Shown in pieces: positions 25,914-35,504 of a stretch of DNA of 64,000 bases. Source of the DNA: Candidatus Foliamicus sp. (GTDB lineage: Bacteria > Pseudomonadota > Gammaproteobacteria > Steroidobacterales > Foliamicaceae); contig OZ242252.1 of assembly GCA_965206955.1 (NCBI GenBank), forward strand, positions 3,187,394-3,251,393. Reading direction: 5' to 3'. A program made the translations under genes and the position numbers. The stretch's first letter is position 1; each line of letters opens with the position of its first letter. Below the pieces are notes generated by a model. That model did not search any database and was not told where the DNA came from. It was given only the letters and a program-made list of their open reading frames with translations.

Positions 25914-27233
25914 TCAGGCGCCGGCGATGCTTAAGGACTCTATGAGGATCGAGCCGGTGTGAATACCGCCGCGCCGGTCGATGTCGGCGCCGACGGCAAC
26001 GACGTTCCGGAACATGTCCTTTAGGTTGCCGGCAATGGTGATTTCGTGCACCGGGTGCGCCACAGCCCCGTCGCTTACCCAGTATCCGGCCGCACCGCGC
26101 GAGTAATCGCCGGTAATGGTGTTGGCGCCCTGCCCCATCATTTCGGTCACCACCAGGCCATCTCCCATCGCGTTGAGCAGTTCATCGAAGGACTCGCCGG
26201 TGCTGCCAAGCAGCAGGTTATGTGCCCCTCCGGCGTTGCCGGTGGTTTCCGCGCCGAGTTTGCGCGCGGAGTAGCTGCCCAGGAAGTAGCCGTTTACCAC
26301 ACCGCTGCTGACCAGGTCTCGATCGGCGGTAGCCACTCCTTCGGCATCGTAGGCGCAGCTGGCCAGCCCACGCGCGATATGGGGGCGCTCCGCCAGGTTC
26401 ACGCAGTCGGAGAAGACTTGCGTGCCTGCGCAGTCGAGCAGGAAGCTGGCGCGGTTGTACAACGCCCGCCCGCTGACCGCGCCGCAGAAATGACCGATCA
26501 GGCTGCGCGCCACCCGCGGTGCGAATAACACCGGCGCCCGGGTGCTCTTGATCTTGCGGGCCCCCAGCCGGGCGAGCGTCTGCTTTGCGGCGCGTTTCCC
26601 CACCTCTTTCACCGGCGCCAATTCATCCGGCGCCCGCGCAACTGTGTAGTCATAGTCACGCTCCATGTGACCATCCTGCTCGCTCAACACGACACAGGAC
26701 ATGCTGTGGCTGCTGGAGCGGCCGCTGTGCAGGAAACCGTGGGAATTTCCGTAGGCGAACGCGGATTCACCGGTATCGACGCCCGCACCTTCGGAATTGC
26801 TGATTCGCGGGTCTGAATCCAGGGCCGCCGCTTCGCATTCCAGGGCCAGCTCCATGGCCTGTTCCGCGTCCAGGTCCCAGGGATGATGCAGATCAAGATC
26901 GGGAAACTCCGTGGCCATGCGCTCGGCCTCGGCAAGGCCCGCGTACTCGTCTTCGGCGGCGAAACGCGCCAGGCTCAGGGCTTTATCGACGGTTTCGCGC
27001 ACGGCCACCGGGGAAAGGTCGGAGGTGCCGGCCGCACCGCGGCGTTTTCCCAGGTACACGGTTACGCCAAGGGAATGGTCCTGGTGGCTTTCGAGAGTCT
27101 CCACGGAGCGCATGCGCACCCGCAGAGTCAGTCCCGTACTGTTCGATGCGGACGCTTCGGCCTGGCTTGCTCCCCGGTTGCGCGCGTGCGTCAACGCATC
27201 GGCCACACGCTCACTGAGTTCATCGGGTGACAT
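25914..27233 (-). CDS. pmbA: Metalloprotease PmbA/TldE
   Basis: 439 aa, TldD/PmbA family pattern. C-terminal GDYSRGAAGYWV...ITIAGNL. tldD is nearby. Confidence 0.9.
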   Translation of the reverse strand: MSPDELSERVADALTHARNRGASQAEASASNSTGLTLRVRMRSVETLESHQDHSLGVTVYLGKRRGAAGTSDLSPVAVRETVDKALSLARFAAEDEYAGLAEAERMATEFPDLDLHHPWDLDAEQAMELALECEAAALDSDPRISNSEGAGVDTGESAFAYGNSHGFLHSGRSSSHSMSCVVLSEQDGHMERDYDYTVARAPDELAPVKEVGKRAAKQTLARLGARKIKSTRAPVLFAPRVARSLIGHFCGAVSGRALYNRASFLLDCAGTQVFSDCVNLAERPHIARGLASCAYDAEGVATADRDLVSSGVVNGYFLGSYSARKLGAETTGNAGGAHNLLLGSTGESFDELLNAMGDGLVVTEMMGQGANTITGDYSRGAAGYWVSDGAVAHPVHEITIAGNLKDMFRNVVAVGADIDRRGGIHTGSILIESLSIAGA

Positions 27234-27708
27234 CGCTGCTCCGCACGGCCTCCGCGGTTTGGGCCGCGCGAAAGGCGTTCAAAGCGGCACGCACATCTTC
27301 GTCGCTCAAAGCAAGCATGGCGGTTGCCAAAAGCGCGGCATTCACAGCGCCGTGCCTTCCAACCCCCAGCGTTCCGACCGGAACCCCGGCAGGCATTTGC
27401 GCCATGGAAAGCATTGCGTCGGCGCCCCCGAAAGCCGCGGTTGCCATGGGAACGCCGAGCACCGGCAGGGACGTAAGCGCCGCAGCGGTGCCGGGAAGGG
27501 CCGCGGCCAGGCCCGCGCCGGCGATGATGACCTTGATCCCGCTCTCCTCCGCCTGCTCGCAGTACTCGGCGAGCTGCCTGGGAGCGCGATGTGCGGACAA
27601 TGCACGGGCTTCCCATTCAACGCCAAGGGAATCCAGGGTGTTGGCGGCATGCTCCATGATTTTCCAATCCGAGCGCGAACCCATGAGTATGGCCACCTTG
27701 TTGGTCAT
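27220..27708 (-). CDS. purE: 5-(carboxyamino)imidazole ribonucleotide mutase
   Basis: VAILMGSRSDW...SAHRAP...IIAGAGLAAALPG...PVLGVP. Start at ATG 27708. Confidence 0.9.
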   Translation of the reverse strand: MTNKVAILMGSRSDWKIMEHAANTLDSLGVEWEARALSAHRAPRQLAEYCEQAEESGIKVIIAGAGLAAALPGTAAALTSLPVLGVPMATAAFGGADAMLSMAQMPAGVPVGTLGVGRHGAVNAALLATAMLALSDEDVRAALNAFRAAQTAEAVRSSDVTR

Positions 27709-27764
27709 TTGGTGCTCCTTTCTCTTATGCAATACGGTGGGGCGAGGGCGTCTCCGCGCTTGGC

Positions 27765-28125
27765 GAGGGCAGGATGCCCTCGTTCCCAGGGGGTGCTACT
27801 GCGCTTGTTGTGATTGAGGGAGTGCGCTATTTTTCCGAGGGCAGGATGCCCTCGTTCCCAGGGGGGGCTCCTGCGCTTGTTGTGATTGAGGGAGTGCGCT
27901 ATTTTTCCGAGGGCAGGATGCCCTCGTTCCCAGGGGGTGCTCCTGCGCTTGTTGTGATTGAGGGAGTGCGCTATTTTTCCGAGGGCAGGATGCCCTCGTT
28001 CCCAGGGGGGGCTCCTGCGCTTGTTGTGATTGAGGGAGTGCGCTATTTTTCCGAGGGCAGGATGCCCTCGTTCCCATTTTTCCGAGGGCAGGGCCCTCGT
28101 TCCCAGGGGCTTCCCAGGGGGTGGT
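27765..28125. repeat. Tandem array: about 5 copies of a 72-bp REP-containing unit
   Basis: Unit starts at 27765, 27837, 27909, 27981 and 28053 (gagggcaggatgccctcgttcccagggggggctcctgcgcttgttgtgattgagggagtgcgctatttttcc). The last copy is degenerate. Confidence 0.95.
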
Positions 28126-28130
28126 AAGCA

Positions 28131-29657
28131 TCAGGCGGTGCCTCCTACGGTGATGCCGTCAACCCGGATAGTGGGCATGCCTACGCCTACGGGCACGCTC
28201 TGCCCTTCCTTGCCGCAAACCCCTACGCCGGGATCCAGCGCCAGGTCGCTGCCTACCATGGATACGCGAGTCAACACCGTGGGACCGTCGCCGATCAGGG
28301 TCGCATCGCGCAACGGAGCGCCAAGCTTGCCGTCTTCGATCCGGTAGGCCTCGCTGGCTGAAAACACGAACTTGCCGGACGTAATGTCCACTTGCCCGCC
28401 GCCGAAATTCTTGGCATACACGCCTTTCTTCACCGAGCGGATGATTTCTTCGGGATCATGCGGACCCGGCATCATGAAGGTGTTGGTCATGCGCGGCATC
28501 GGCAGACAGGCATACGACTCGCGGCGCCCGTTGCCGGTGGGCTTCACTCCCATCAGGCCGGCGTTCAGGCGGTCCTGCAAGTAACCCGCAAGAATGCCGT
28601 TCTCGATCAGCACCGTGCGCCCGGTCGGCGTGCCCTCGTCGTCCATCTCCAGCGAACCGCGGCGCCCCGGCAGGCTGCCGTCGTCCACGACCGTGCATTG
28701 CTCGGTGGCGACCGCCTCCCCCATGCGCCCCGCGAATGCAGACACGCCCTTGCGATTGAAGTCGCCTTCAAGGCCATGCCCCACAGCTTCATGCAACAGC
28801 ACGCCAGGCCATCCCGATCCCAGCACCACGATTTCCTCGCCGGCCGGCGCAGGACTTGCGCTCAAGTTCACAACCGCCTGACGCACGGCCTCGCGCGCAT
28901 ACTCGCGCACCGTGTCGGCGCTGCAGAGTTCCGCCAGCGGCAACCGCCCGCCCCAGCCGGCCACCCCGTGGCGCACTTCGCCTTTCTGTTCCAGCAGTAC
29001 CGTCAGCCCCAGCCGCACAAGGGGACGGTCGTCGGCGGCCAGACGGCCGTCGGAGGAGCAAATCAGCACCAGATTGCGGGCAATCGACAAGCTGGCGATC
29101 ACCTGGCGAACCCTGGGGTCGGCCGCGCGCGCCTCACGATCCAGCGCGTGCAGCAATTCCACCTTGGAGGGATCGGAAAACTCCCGAGCCGGATCGCCCG
29201 GAGCGTAGAGTCGGCGGCTGGCGCCTTCGCGGCGCAGTTGAACCTGTCCGCGGCCGCCCCCGCGGGCAATGGCGCCGGCCGTCTTGGCGGCGCGCAACAG
29301 GGTGCTCGGGTCCAGGTCGTCGGAATAGGCAAAACCGGATTTCTCGCCGCTGACCGCCCGCGCGCTCATGCCACGGCCGCGATCATGGCTGGCGGTCTTG
29401 ACGATGCCGTCCTCCAGCACCCAGGACTCGCTGGAGTACTGCGAGAAGTACAGATCACCCCAATCGACGCCGGGACGCATCAATGCGCCGAAGGCCCGAT
29501 CGAGTTGTTGATCGCCGAGGCTCGCTGACTCCAGCAGGTTGTCGCGCGCCAGAGAAATGGCTGTCCGCTGAACAGCGAAGGTCGAAGGGTCCGGCGTTGC
29601 GCCTATCGCCTGACCCGCACTCTCGGACTCCCGCCCGACGTGATCCGGCGGGTTCAT
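28131..29657 (-). CDS. tldD: Metalloprotease TldD
   Basis: HEAVGHGLEGDF motif. 508 aa from the ATG at 29657, which overlaps the upstream stop (ATGA). The track ORF is over-extended. Confidence 0.9.
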   Translation of the reverse strand: MNPPDHVGRESESAGQAIGATPDPSTFAVQRTAISLARDNLLESASLGDQQLDRAFGALMRPGVDWGDLYFSQYSSESWVLEDGIVKTASHDRGRGMSARAVSGEKSGFAYSDDLDPSTLLRAAKTAGAIARGGGRGQVQLRREGASRRLYAPGDPAREFSDPSKVELLHALDREARAADPRVRQVIASLSIARNLVLICSSDGRLAADDRPLVRLGLTVLLEQKGEVRHGVAGWGGRLPLAELCSADTVREYAREAVRQAVVNLSASPAPAGEEIVVLGSGWPGVLLHEAVGHGLEGDFNRKGVSAFAGRMGEAVATEQCTVVDDGSLPGRRGSLEMDDEGTPTGRTVLIENGILAGYLQDRLNAGLMGVKPTGNGRRESYACLPMPRMTNTFMMPGPHDPEEIIRSVKKGVYAKNFGGGQVDITSGKFVFSASEAYRIEDGKLGAPLRDATLIGDGPTVLTRVSMVGSDLALDPGVGVCGKEGQSVPVGVGMPTIRVDGITVGGTA

Positions 29658-30490
29658 TCTTGCCGAACAGCGCCGGCCGTCAGCCTGCGATGATCCAGGG
29701 CCGGGAAACCGCCGCGCAACCGCTCCAGGTTCTCCAGGGCAACGTCGTGACACAACACCCCGTCGCCGTCCTTGCACTCCGCCACCACCTGCCCCCAGGG
29801 TTCGACCAGCATCGAGTGTCCGTAGCACTCGCGCCCGCCGGGGTGGCTACCGTATTGCGCAGAGGCCAGGAGGTAGCAAAGGTTCTCAACGGCGCGGGCA
29901 CGAACCAGCACGTACCAGTGCGCTTCACCGGTTGCGCGGGTAAAGGCGGCCGGCAGTGCAATCATTTCAGCGCCTTGCTCACTCATGGCGCGGAACAGTT
30001 CAGGGAAGCGAAGGTCGTAGCAAACGGCCAATCCGAGGCGTCCGAAAGGTGTTTCCGCCACCACCGGTTCCTGCCCGGCGGCAGTTGTGGCGGACTCCCG
30101 GTAGGACTCCTTGCGTCCGGGCACCGACACGTCGAACAGGTGCATCTTGTCGTAGCGCGCAACCAGGGTGCCGGAACCATCGAAAAGACAGCATGCCGAT
30201 ACGGGACGTTTCGGGTCCCCGGAATGCATGGGAATGGTCCCGGCGACGATCCACATGCCGAGGCGTTGGGCCTGCTCGGCGGCAAAATCCTGCCACGGCC
30301 CTGAACCTGATTGCTCGGCATACTGCGCGCGCATTCGCTCGGCGTCCATGGACATCAGCGCGAAATTCTCCGGGAGGACCGCCAGGGCTGCACCCTGATC
30401 CGCCGCCTGGCGCAGCAATCGCGCGGCATGCGCAAGGTTGGCGCCGGGTTCATCGCCCGAACACATCTGAATAACGGCTACTTTGCTCAT
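29654..30490 (-). CDS. Carbon-nitrogen hydrolase family protein (Nit/YafV-like)
   Basis: LAVLPENF, KMHLFD, LAVCYDLRFPELF (catalytic Cys), GHSMLVEPWG. Confidence 0.85.
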   Translation of the reverse strand: MSKVAVIQMCSGDEPGANLAHAARLLRQAADQGAALAVLPENFALMSMDAERMRAQYAEQSGSGPWQDFAAEQAQRLGMWIVAGTIPMHSGDPKRPVSACCLFDGSGTLVARYDKMHLFDVSVPGRKESYRESATTAAGQEPVVAETPFGRLGLAVCYDLRFPELFRAMSEQGAEMIALPAAFTRATGEAHWYVLVRARAVENLCYLLASAQYGSHPGGRECYGHSMLVEPWGQVVAECKDGDGVLCHDVALENLERLRGGFPALDHRRLTAGAVRQE

Positions 30491-33400
30491 GGCTTTGGAA
30501 GGGCGGAATCTGAGGACTGGGGAGCCTGGGTGGTCGTATTATCCTCCTCCGGAGCCGGCTCCGCTACGGGCGGTTCCGCGCCGGGATCTTCGGGCAACTC
30601 GGAAAGCTCTTCTTCTTCCGCCTTGCTCAACAATGCATCCCAGTCCACTTCAGGCAATTCCGTCAAGTGTTCCTCCAGGTAGCGGGCGCAATCTCCAAAC
30701 GCCGCCAGGTCAATGTCCTCCCGCAAGACCCGCTTTACCGACGGGTCATCCCAACTGCCGCTTACCCGGTAGTAGTTCGCCGAGATAGCCTTCAAAGGCT
30801 CTCGGAAGACCTGGGAAAGCAACAGCATGGTCGCACCCAGGCCGGTTCCGCCGACAATCACGCCGCCCAGCGAAAGCAAGTCCGGCAGATTGGGAGAGAC
30901 TACGGCAACCTGATCGTAGCTGCGATCCTGCAGCCCGGTTCGGCCGAACAGGGCAAGGCCGGCCACCGCCCCCTGCAAGCCCATATTGCAGGTATACGCC
31001 TGCCCGTCGCGAAGACTGAAGTCGCCGGCCAGACGGTCGAAAGGCAATCCTTCTTCGGTGATTTCCCTGAAGTCGAGCGCCAGCCGGCGCGGCAGGCGGG
31101 CCAGGCTGAGCACCCCCAGCATGCGGCCACCGCCCGGATCCAATGCCGCTACTTCGCCCTGCTGCGCCTCCACGCTTACCGTTCCATTGGACCGGGTCAG
31201 GAAGTCTCCGGCAGGCGGCCCTACCCAATTTGCCGCCAGCTCCATCCTGCCCCGATCACCGGAAACGCCTGGGGCATAACCCAACTGCTCAAGCGTGGAG
31301 GCCACATCGGTAGTTTCCAGGACCAGGTCCAGCCTTCCCAGCTGCTGAGCGCCCTGTTCATCGGCAGCCAACCATGCCGCGCTGCCCTCGGTCGAGAAGG
31401 CCGGCGAATCGGTTCGAAACCAATTGACGCCCAGCCCACCCGCGGTTTTCTCGTAACGGGCCCGGACCTCCCCAAATCGCATGTCTCCGATCTTGAGATC
31501 ACCCAGCAGAACTTTCCCCGCCGGCAGGCGACGCGGGTTCGCCGGCGCCGCGGGCTGGGGGTCCGGACGGCCCAGTCGCAGCCAGTTCAGATTCGCCAGC
31601 AACTGCGCGCCCTCCGCATCGGGGCGCGGCCAAAAGACGCGGCCCTGTGCGGACTCGCCCGCAAGTTGCACCAGCCAGCCGTCGGCACGGGGGCGTACGC
31701 GGATCGATTGGTCCTTGAAAGCGCTTCCCAGCGTGTACAACTCGCCCGCCGCAATATCCACCGCCCAGGGCAGCTCAAGCGAGTTCTCCCGGCCTGCGAA
31801 CAAGCCGGCCCACTCCGCCGGCCGCAACCAATCCACCCTGCCATCCACGAATAATCCTGCCTCGGGCGGCAATTGCGGTAGTGAGTCGCCAAAGTGCAGC
31901 CGTCCGCGGCCAAGGCGCCATCCCCCGCCATCGTCGCTGAATTCCATTGCGATGCCGGGTCCCAGTCCCAGCTGGCCGGTAAGGCGCGGCAGGCTGCCCG
32001 AGCCCCACTGCAACTGCAGTCGCGTAAGCCCGGGCGTGTCCGCCGACTTGGTCATCGGGTGCGGGAAAACACTGCCGAGACCGATCAGGTCGGTTTCCAG
32101 GACAGCGTGAATAGGCCGCACCACCTCGACATCCGGAGACGGCACCAGTATTCGGCCTTGCCACGCGAATTGCCCGGACAAGCGTTCCAGCGCGCAACAA
32201 TTGAACAAATCTTGCAAGGCGTCCGCCGTAGCCGTGCCGTTCAAGCGTATCAGATACCCATACCCGGCCGCGCCCGGAGGCGCTTTGGCCACGCTTATCA
32301 ACAACGGCTCCCGGAGATACTGCCCGCGCAGATTTTCGGCGCCAACGCCGGCGCGGGTAACACTTACCGTCCCGCGCAGGTTGCCGACCGGAGGGGTAAG
32401 TTCGTTAAGGCGCAGGTTGACGTCGGCGAGCACGGTCTGGGAGTTAATGCTCCAGCCGCCACGGTCCGCGATGGGCAGCGTGAATTCGAGCCGGGTAGTC
32501 GCCTCGCCGGAAGTCTCGGAGTCGAGCAGCACCGGGTGAATTCGATCTGCCACCGGAGTGCGGGCCAAACCCGCCAGCAGACGCGGCAGGGAATCATTGC
32601 TCGCACCGCTGACTTCGACTACGGCCCGGGTCAAATCGTCGACTTGAACCTGCACGTTCCGCCACCGCACGCCGGCCAAGTCGCCCGTTCCTTCCCGCAA
32701 GACCATCCTGGGGCCGTTCAGCACCACGCTACCGGACAGGTTCTCCACGTCCGGCCATGACTCGTGCATCGTAAGAACGGCCTCCCGGCAATCCAATTCC
32801 ACCCGGAAAACTCCCCCGGAGAACGGCAAGGAGCGGATCGGGCCGCTCAACTGCATGTTCCAATTGCCGGCCCGGCCGGCGTGCAGCGCCTTGCTTAACC
32901 AGCCAAATGGTAGTCCCGGAGTGTCCTGCCACGGCAACAGGCGCAGCGCTGCCGGCAGATTTTCAATACTCTCACCACCGCCGCTCAAATCCAGGACCGG
33001 CGAACCGCCTCCCCCGGGCAGCGCCAGAGAAAACCGTCCGGCCCAATCCATCTCTTCGGCGTCCAGGCGTACGTTGTCGCCTTCAAGCAACCAATCGCCC
33101 GGTCCTGTCCGCCAGCTCAATTCCGCCTGCAGGCCGTCGAACTTGACGACTCTATCCAGCCACGGCGCGGCGAAACTGCCCTCCTCGCGAACGTCCAGCT
33201 TGGCCTCTCCACCGTCTCGGTCGTTCCGAAGCCGGCCATCAACCCCGGTCAGCGCCAGACCGCGATCTGGCCAATCCACCGACAAGCCGGAAAAATCGGC
33301 CTGTAGTTCCAAAATGGCCGGGGCACCGGGCGTCCAGTCCAGCCTCAGATCCTTGATGTCGCCGGCGACGGGCACCACCGCAAGCGGGACGCCAGCACGA

Positions 33401-34497
33401 CTTACAAGCCCAAGCAACGGTGGGACCGCATCCTCGAGCCGCACAAAGCCGGCTTCAAGCTCCAATCGGGTCAATCCATCCTGCTCTCCGAGTGTCCAGC
33501 GCGCGTTGAATTTCGTGTCGGGCCAGGCTTGCCCGCCACGCTGAGCCTCCAGGCGGTCAACCGTAAGCAGGTAATCACGGCCTTGCCGTTGCCATTCGAA
33601 CTGCCCTCCCAAACGGTCAAACCAATGCTCGTCGGGCCCACCGGTTACCTGTAGGTCCTCGAACTCAAGTTCACCGAACAGCTGTTCAACTTGCGAACCC
33701 TGCAGGTCCACGAAAAGATTGAAGTCACCCGCGCCGATCACGGGCAGGCTGGCGGCCTCGGCAACCATTTCCCGCATTTTTCTGAGGTCGAGCGCCCGCC
33801 CTTCCAGGTGGAGCCGCCAGGCGCCGGCGGGCAACAGCCCGCGGGTCCACTGCTGCAGTTCTATGTCGGCGCTAAGCCCCAACCACTCGCCGTATTTCTC
33901 GGGAAAGACAATCCGGCCGTCCAGCACAACCCGGCCGCCCGTGATCTTGACGGACAAGCGCTCAAGCCAGAGGTTCTCCCGCACGTTGCGGGCCGGCTCC
34001 TCAAATTCGATCCAGATGTCGCGCACGCGTATCTCGGGCGGTGCGAATGCCAGCAAGCGTGCCGGACCGCCCTGATAGTAGGCGGGATCACGATCCTGAA
34101 TGGAGAAGGTCTGCGGGCCCAGGCGCCTGAGGGACAGCCTTGCCCCGGCAATTTCCATGCGGCCCAGATTCAGACTCCGCCCGGGCAACAAGGTCCACAG
34201 ATTCAGCCCCACCAGAATCTCGTCGGCCAACAGCAGCGGCCCGCCGCCGCGCTCCGACATCACTCGCACGCCACGTAAACGAAATTCCGGTCCGGTCAGC
34301 CCCCAGGATGGTTCGATGCGGGCAAATTCCACCGGGTAGCCCAGGCTTTCACTGGTCCATTCGGCAATTTCCTCCTGGAATTGGGGAGTAAGCGGCAGCA
34401 GCACGCGCAAAATGCCCACCAGAAGGCCCACCGTCAGCAATGCCACGCAGACAATGCCGATTGACCAGCGCAGCACCTTCTTCAGTGCGGGAGCCAT
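30487..34497 (-). CDS. yhdP: YhdP-family (AsmA-like) large envelope protein
   Basis: 1336 aa with an N-terminal TM anchor. Conserved position upstream of tldD. C-terminal ...YYRVSGSWDDPSV motif. Confidence 0.85.
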   Translation of the reverse strand: MAPALKKVLRWSIGIVCVALLTVGLLVGILRVLLPLTPQFQEEIAEWTSESLGYPVEFARIEPSWGLTGPEFRLRGVRVMSERGGGPLLLADEILVGLNLWTLLPGRSLNLGRMEIAGARLSLRRLGPQTFSIQDRDPAYYQGGPARLLAFAPPEIRVRDIWIEFEEPARNVRENLWLERLSVKITGGRVVLDGRIVFPEKYGEWLGLSADIELQQWTRGLLPAGAWRLHLEGRALDLRKMREMVAEAASLPVIGAGDFNLFVDLQGSQVEQLFGELEFEDLQVTGGPDEHWFDRLGGQFEWQRQGRDYLLTVDRLEAQRGGQAWPDTKFNARWTLGEQDGLTRLELEAGFVRLEDAVPPLLGLVSRAGVPLAVVPVAGDIKDLRLDWTPGAPAILELQADFSGLSVDWPDRGLALTGVDGRLRNDRDGGEAKLDVREEGSFAAPWLDRVVKFDGLQAELSWRTGPGDWLLEGDNVRLDAEEMDWAGRFSLALPGGGGSPVLDLSGGGESIENLPAALRLLPWQDTPGLPFGWLSKALHAGRAGNWNMQLSGPIRSLPFSGGVFRVELDCREAVLTMHESWPDVENLSGSVVLNGPRMVLREGTGDLAGVRWRNVQVQVDDLTRAVVEVSGASNDSLPRLLAGLARTPVADRIHPVLLDSETSGEATTRLEFTLPIADRGGWSINSQTVLADVNLRLNELTPPVGNLRGTVSVTRAGVGAENLRGQYLREPLLISVAKAPPGAAGYGYLIRLNGTATADALQDLFNCCALERLSGQFAWQGRILVPSPDVEVVRPIHAVLETDLIGLGSVFPHPMTKSADTPGLTRLQLQWGSGSLPRLTGQLGLGPGIAMEFSDDGGGWRLGRGRLHFGDSLPQLPPEAGLFVDGRVDWLRPAEWAGLFAGRENSLELPWAVDIAAGELYTLGSAFKDQSIRVRPRADGWLVQLAGESAQGRVFWPRPDAEGAQLLANLNWLRLGRPDPQPAAPANPRRLPAGKVLLGDLKIGDMRFGEVRARYEKTAGGLGVNWFRTDSPAFSTEGSAAWLAADEQGAQQLGRLDLVLETTDVASTLEQLGYAPGVSGDRGRMELAANWVGPPAGDFLTRSNGTVSVEAQQGEVAALDPGGGRMLGVLSLARLPRRLALDFREITEEGLPFDRLAGDFSLRDGQAYTCNMGLQGAVAGLALFGRTGLQDRSYDQVAVVSPNLPDLLSLGGVIVGGTGLGATMLLLSQVFREPLKAISANYYRVSGSWDDPSVKRVLREDIDLAAFGDCARYLEEHLTELPEVDWDALLSKAEEEELSELPEDPGAEPPVAEPAPEEDNTTTQAPQSSDSALPKP

Positions 34498-34512
34498 GGC
34501 GGAAGCTGAGGC

Positions 34513-34854
34513 CTAGCCCCCGGCAGCAGCGCTGTCAAACTCCCACAAGTCCTCCAGCTTGTAAAAGTCGCGCGTTTCCCGCCGCATCAGGTGCACTACC
34601 AGATCACCCAGATCGATCAGAACCCAGTCGCACCATTGCATTCCTTCCACGCCCAGGGCCGGCCGCCCCGCGTGCTTGCTTCGTTCAATCAGGCGGTCGG
34701 CCAGCCCGCGGATATGCCGAGCGTTGCGTCCCGTGGCAATGAGCATGAAGTCGGTCATCCCGGTCTGGGAGCGTACGTCCAGAAGGCGAACTTCGGATGC
34801 CTGCATCTCGTCCAGGACACTCTCAGCCAGTGTTACCAATGGGTGGCCGGTCAT
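34513..34854 (-). CDS. rsfS: Ribosome silencing factor RsfS
   Basis: MTDFMLIATGRNARHIRGLADRL...WVLIDLGDLVVHLM. 4-nt overlap with nadD. Confidence 0.9.
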   Translation of the reverse strand: MTGHPLVTLAESVLDEMQASEVRLLDVRSQTGMTDFMLIATGRNARHIRGLADRLIERSKHAGRPALGVEGMQWCDWVLIDLGDLVVHLMRRETRDFYKLEDLWEFDSAAAGG

Positions 34855-35504
34855 TCCTGACCTCCTGCGTAGGCGCCTGTTTCCTCGATAATCCGCGCCA
34901 CCGGGGCGGGAATCAGGTCATGCGCCGGGTGTCCCGAGCGCGCGGCGTTGCGAACACGGCTGGAGGAAATTGCCGCTACCGGCTCCCGGCAGAACATGAT
35001 CCGGCCGGCTGCGGAACTTCTCAACTGTCGCGGGTCGCTAACGCTACGGGCCTGAATTTCCCTTCTCAGAACTGCGGGCAGGCGGCCTGGATGGCCCGCG
35101 CGGGCGCCTACCAGAAGGTGGGCCAGATCGAGAAGCTCAGTCCACTTGTGCCAGTTCGGCAAGGTAAGGAAGGAGTCAAAGCCCATCATCCAACAAAGCG
35201 AGCGGCCGGGGTTGCGGCGGCGCAAAACCGCCAGGGTATCGACCGTGTAACGCGGCCCGCCGGGTTCAAGTTCGCAGGCTTCAACGGTGAATCCCTCAAG
35301 ATCGGTAATCGCCGCTTCAAGCATCCTGCTGCGCAGCGATGCCGACGCCACCAGGGCAGGCCGGTGAGGCGGCGAGGCGGCGATTACGAACCGGACCTCG
35401 TCAATACCCGCCGTATCGGCCAATCTGCGTGCCAGAGCCACATGTCCCTTGTGCACGGGGTCAAAGCTGCCTCCCATGAGGCCCAGTGTTCGCCACTCGT
35501 TCAA
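34851..35504 (-). CDS. nadD: Nicotinate-nucleotide adenylyltransferase
   Basis: GLMGGSFDPVHKGH motif. Proposed TTG start at 35504 overlaps the holA stop (TTGA) and gives 217 aa. The track start at 35567 would overlap holA by 67 nt. Confidence 0.85.
   Translation of the reverse strand: MNEWRTLGLMGGSFDPVHKGHVALARRLADTAGIDEVRFVIAASPPHRPALVASASLRSRMLEAAITDLEGFTVEACELEPGGPRYTVDTLAVLRRRNPGRSLCWMMGFDSFLTLPNWHKWTELLDLAHLLVGARAGHPGRLPAVLRREIQARSVSDPRQLRSSAAGRIMFCREPVAAISSSRVRNAARSGHPAHDLIPAPVARIIEETGAYAGGQE

Noticed and set aside
16128-28125. CRISPR interpretation of the two tandem arrays.
   Set aside because: Whole units, including the would-be spacers, are repeated nearly identically. There are no unique spacers, no leader and no cas genes in the window.
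27774-28131. ORFs 27774-28127 (+) and 27796-28131 (-), which encode 24-aa repeats (MPSFPGGAPALVVIEGVRYFSEGR).
   Set aside because: This is the same situation: read-through of the 72-bp tandem array between tldD and purE. There is no RBS context, and both strands are open.
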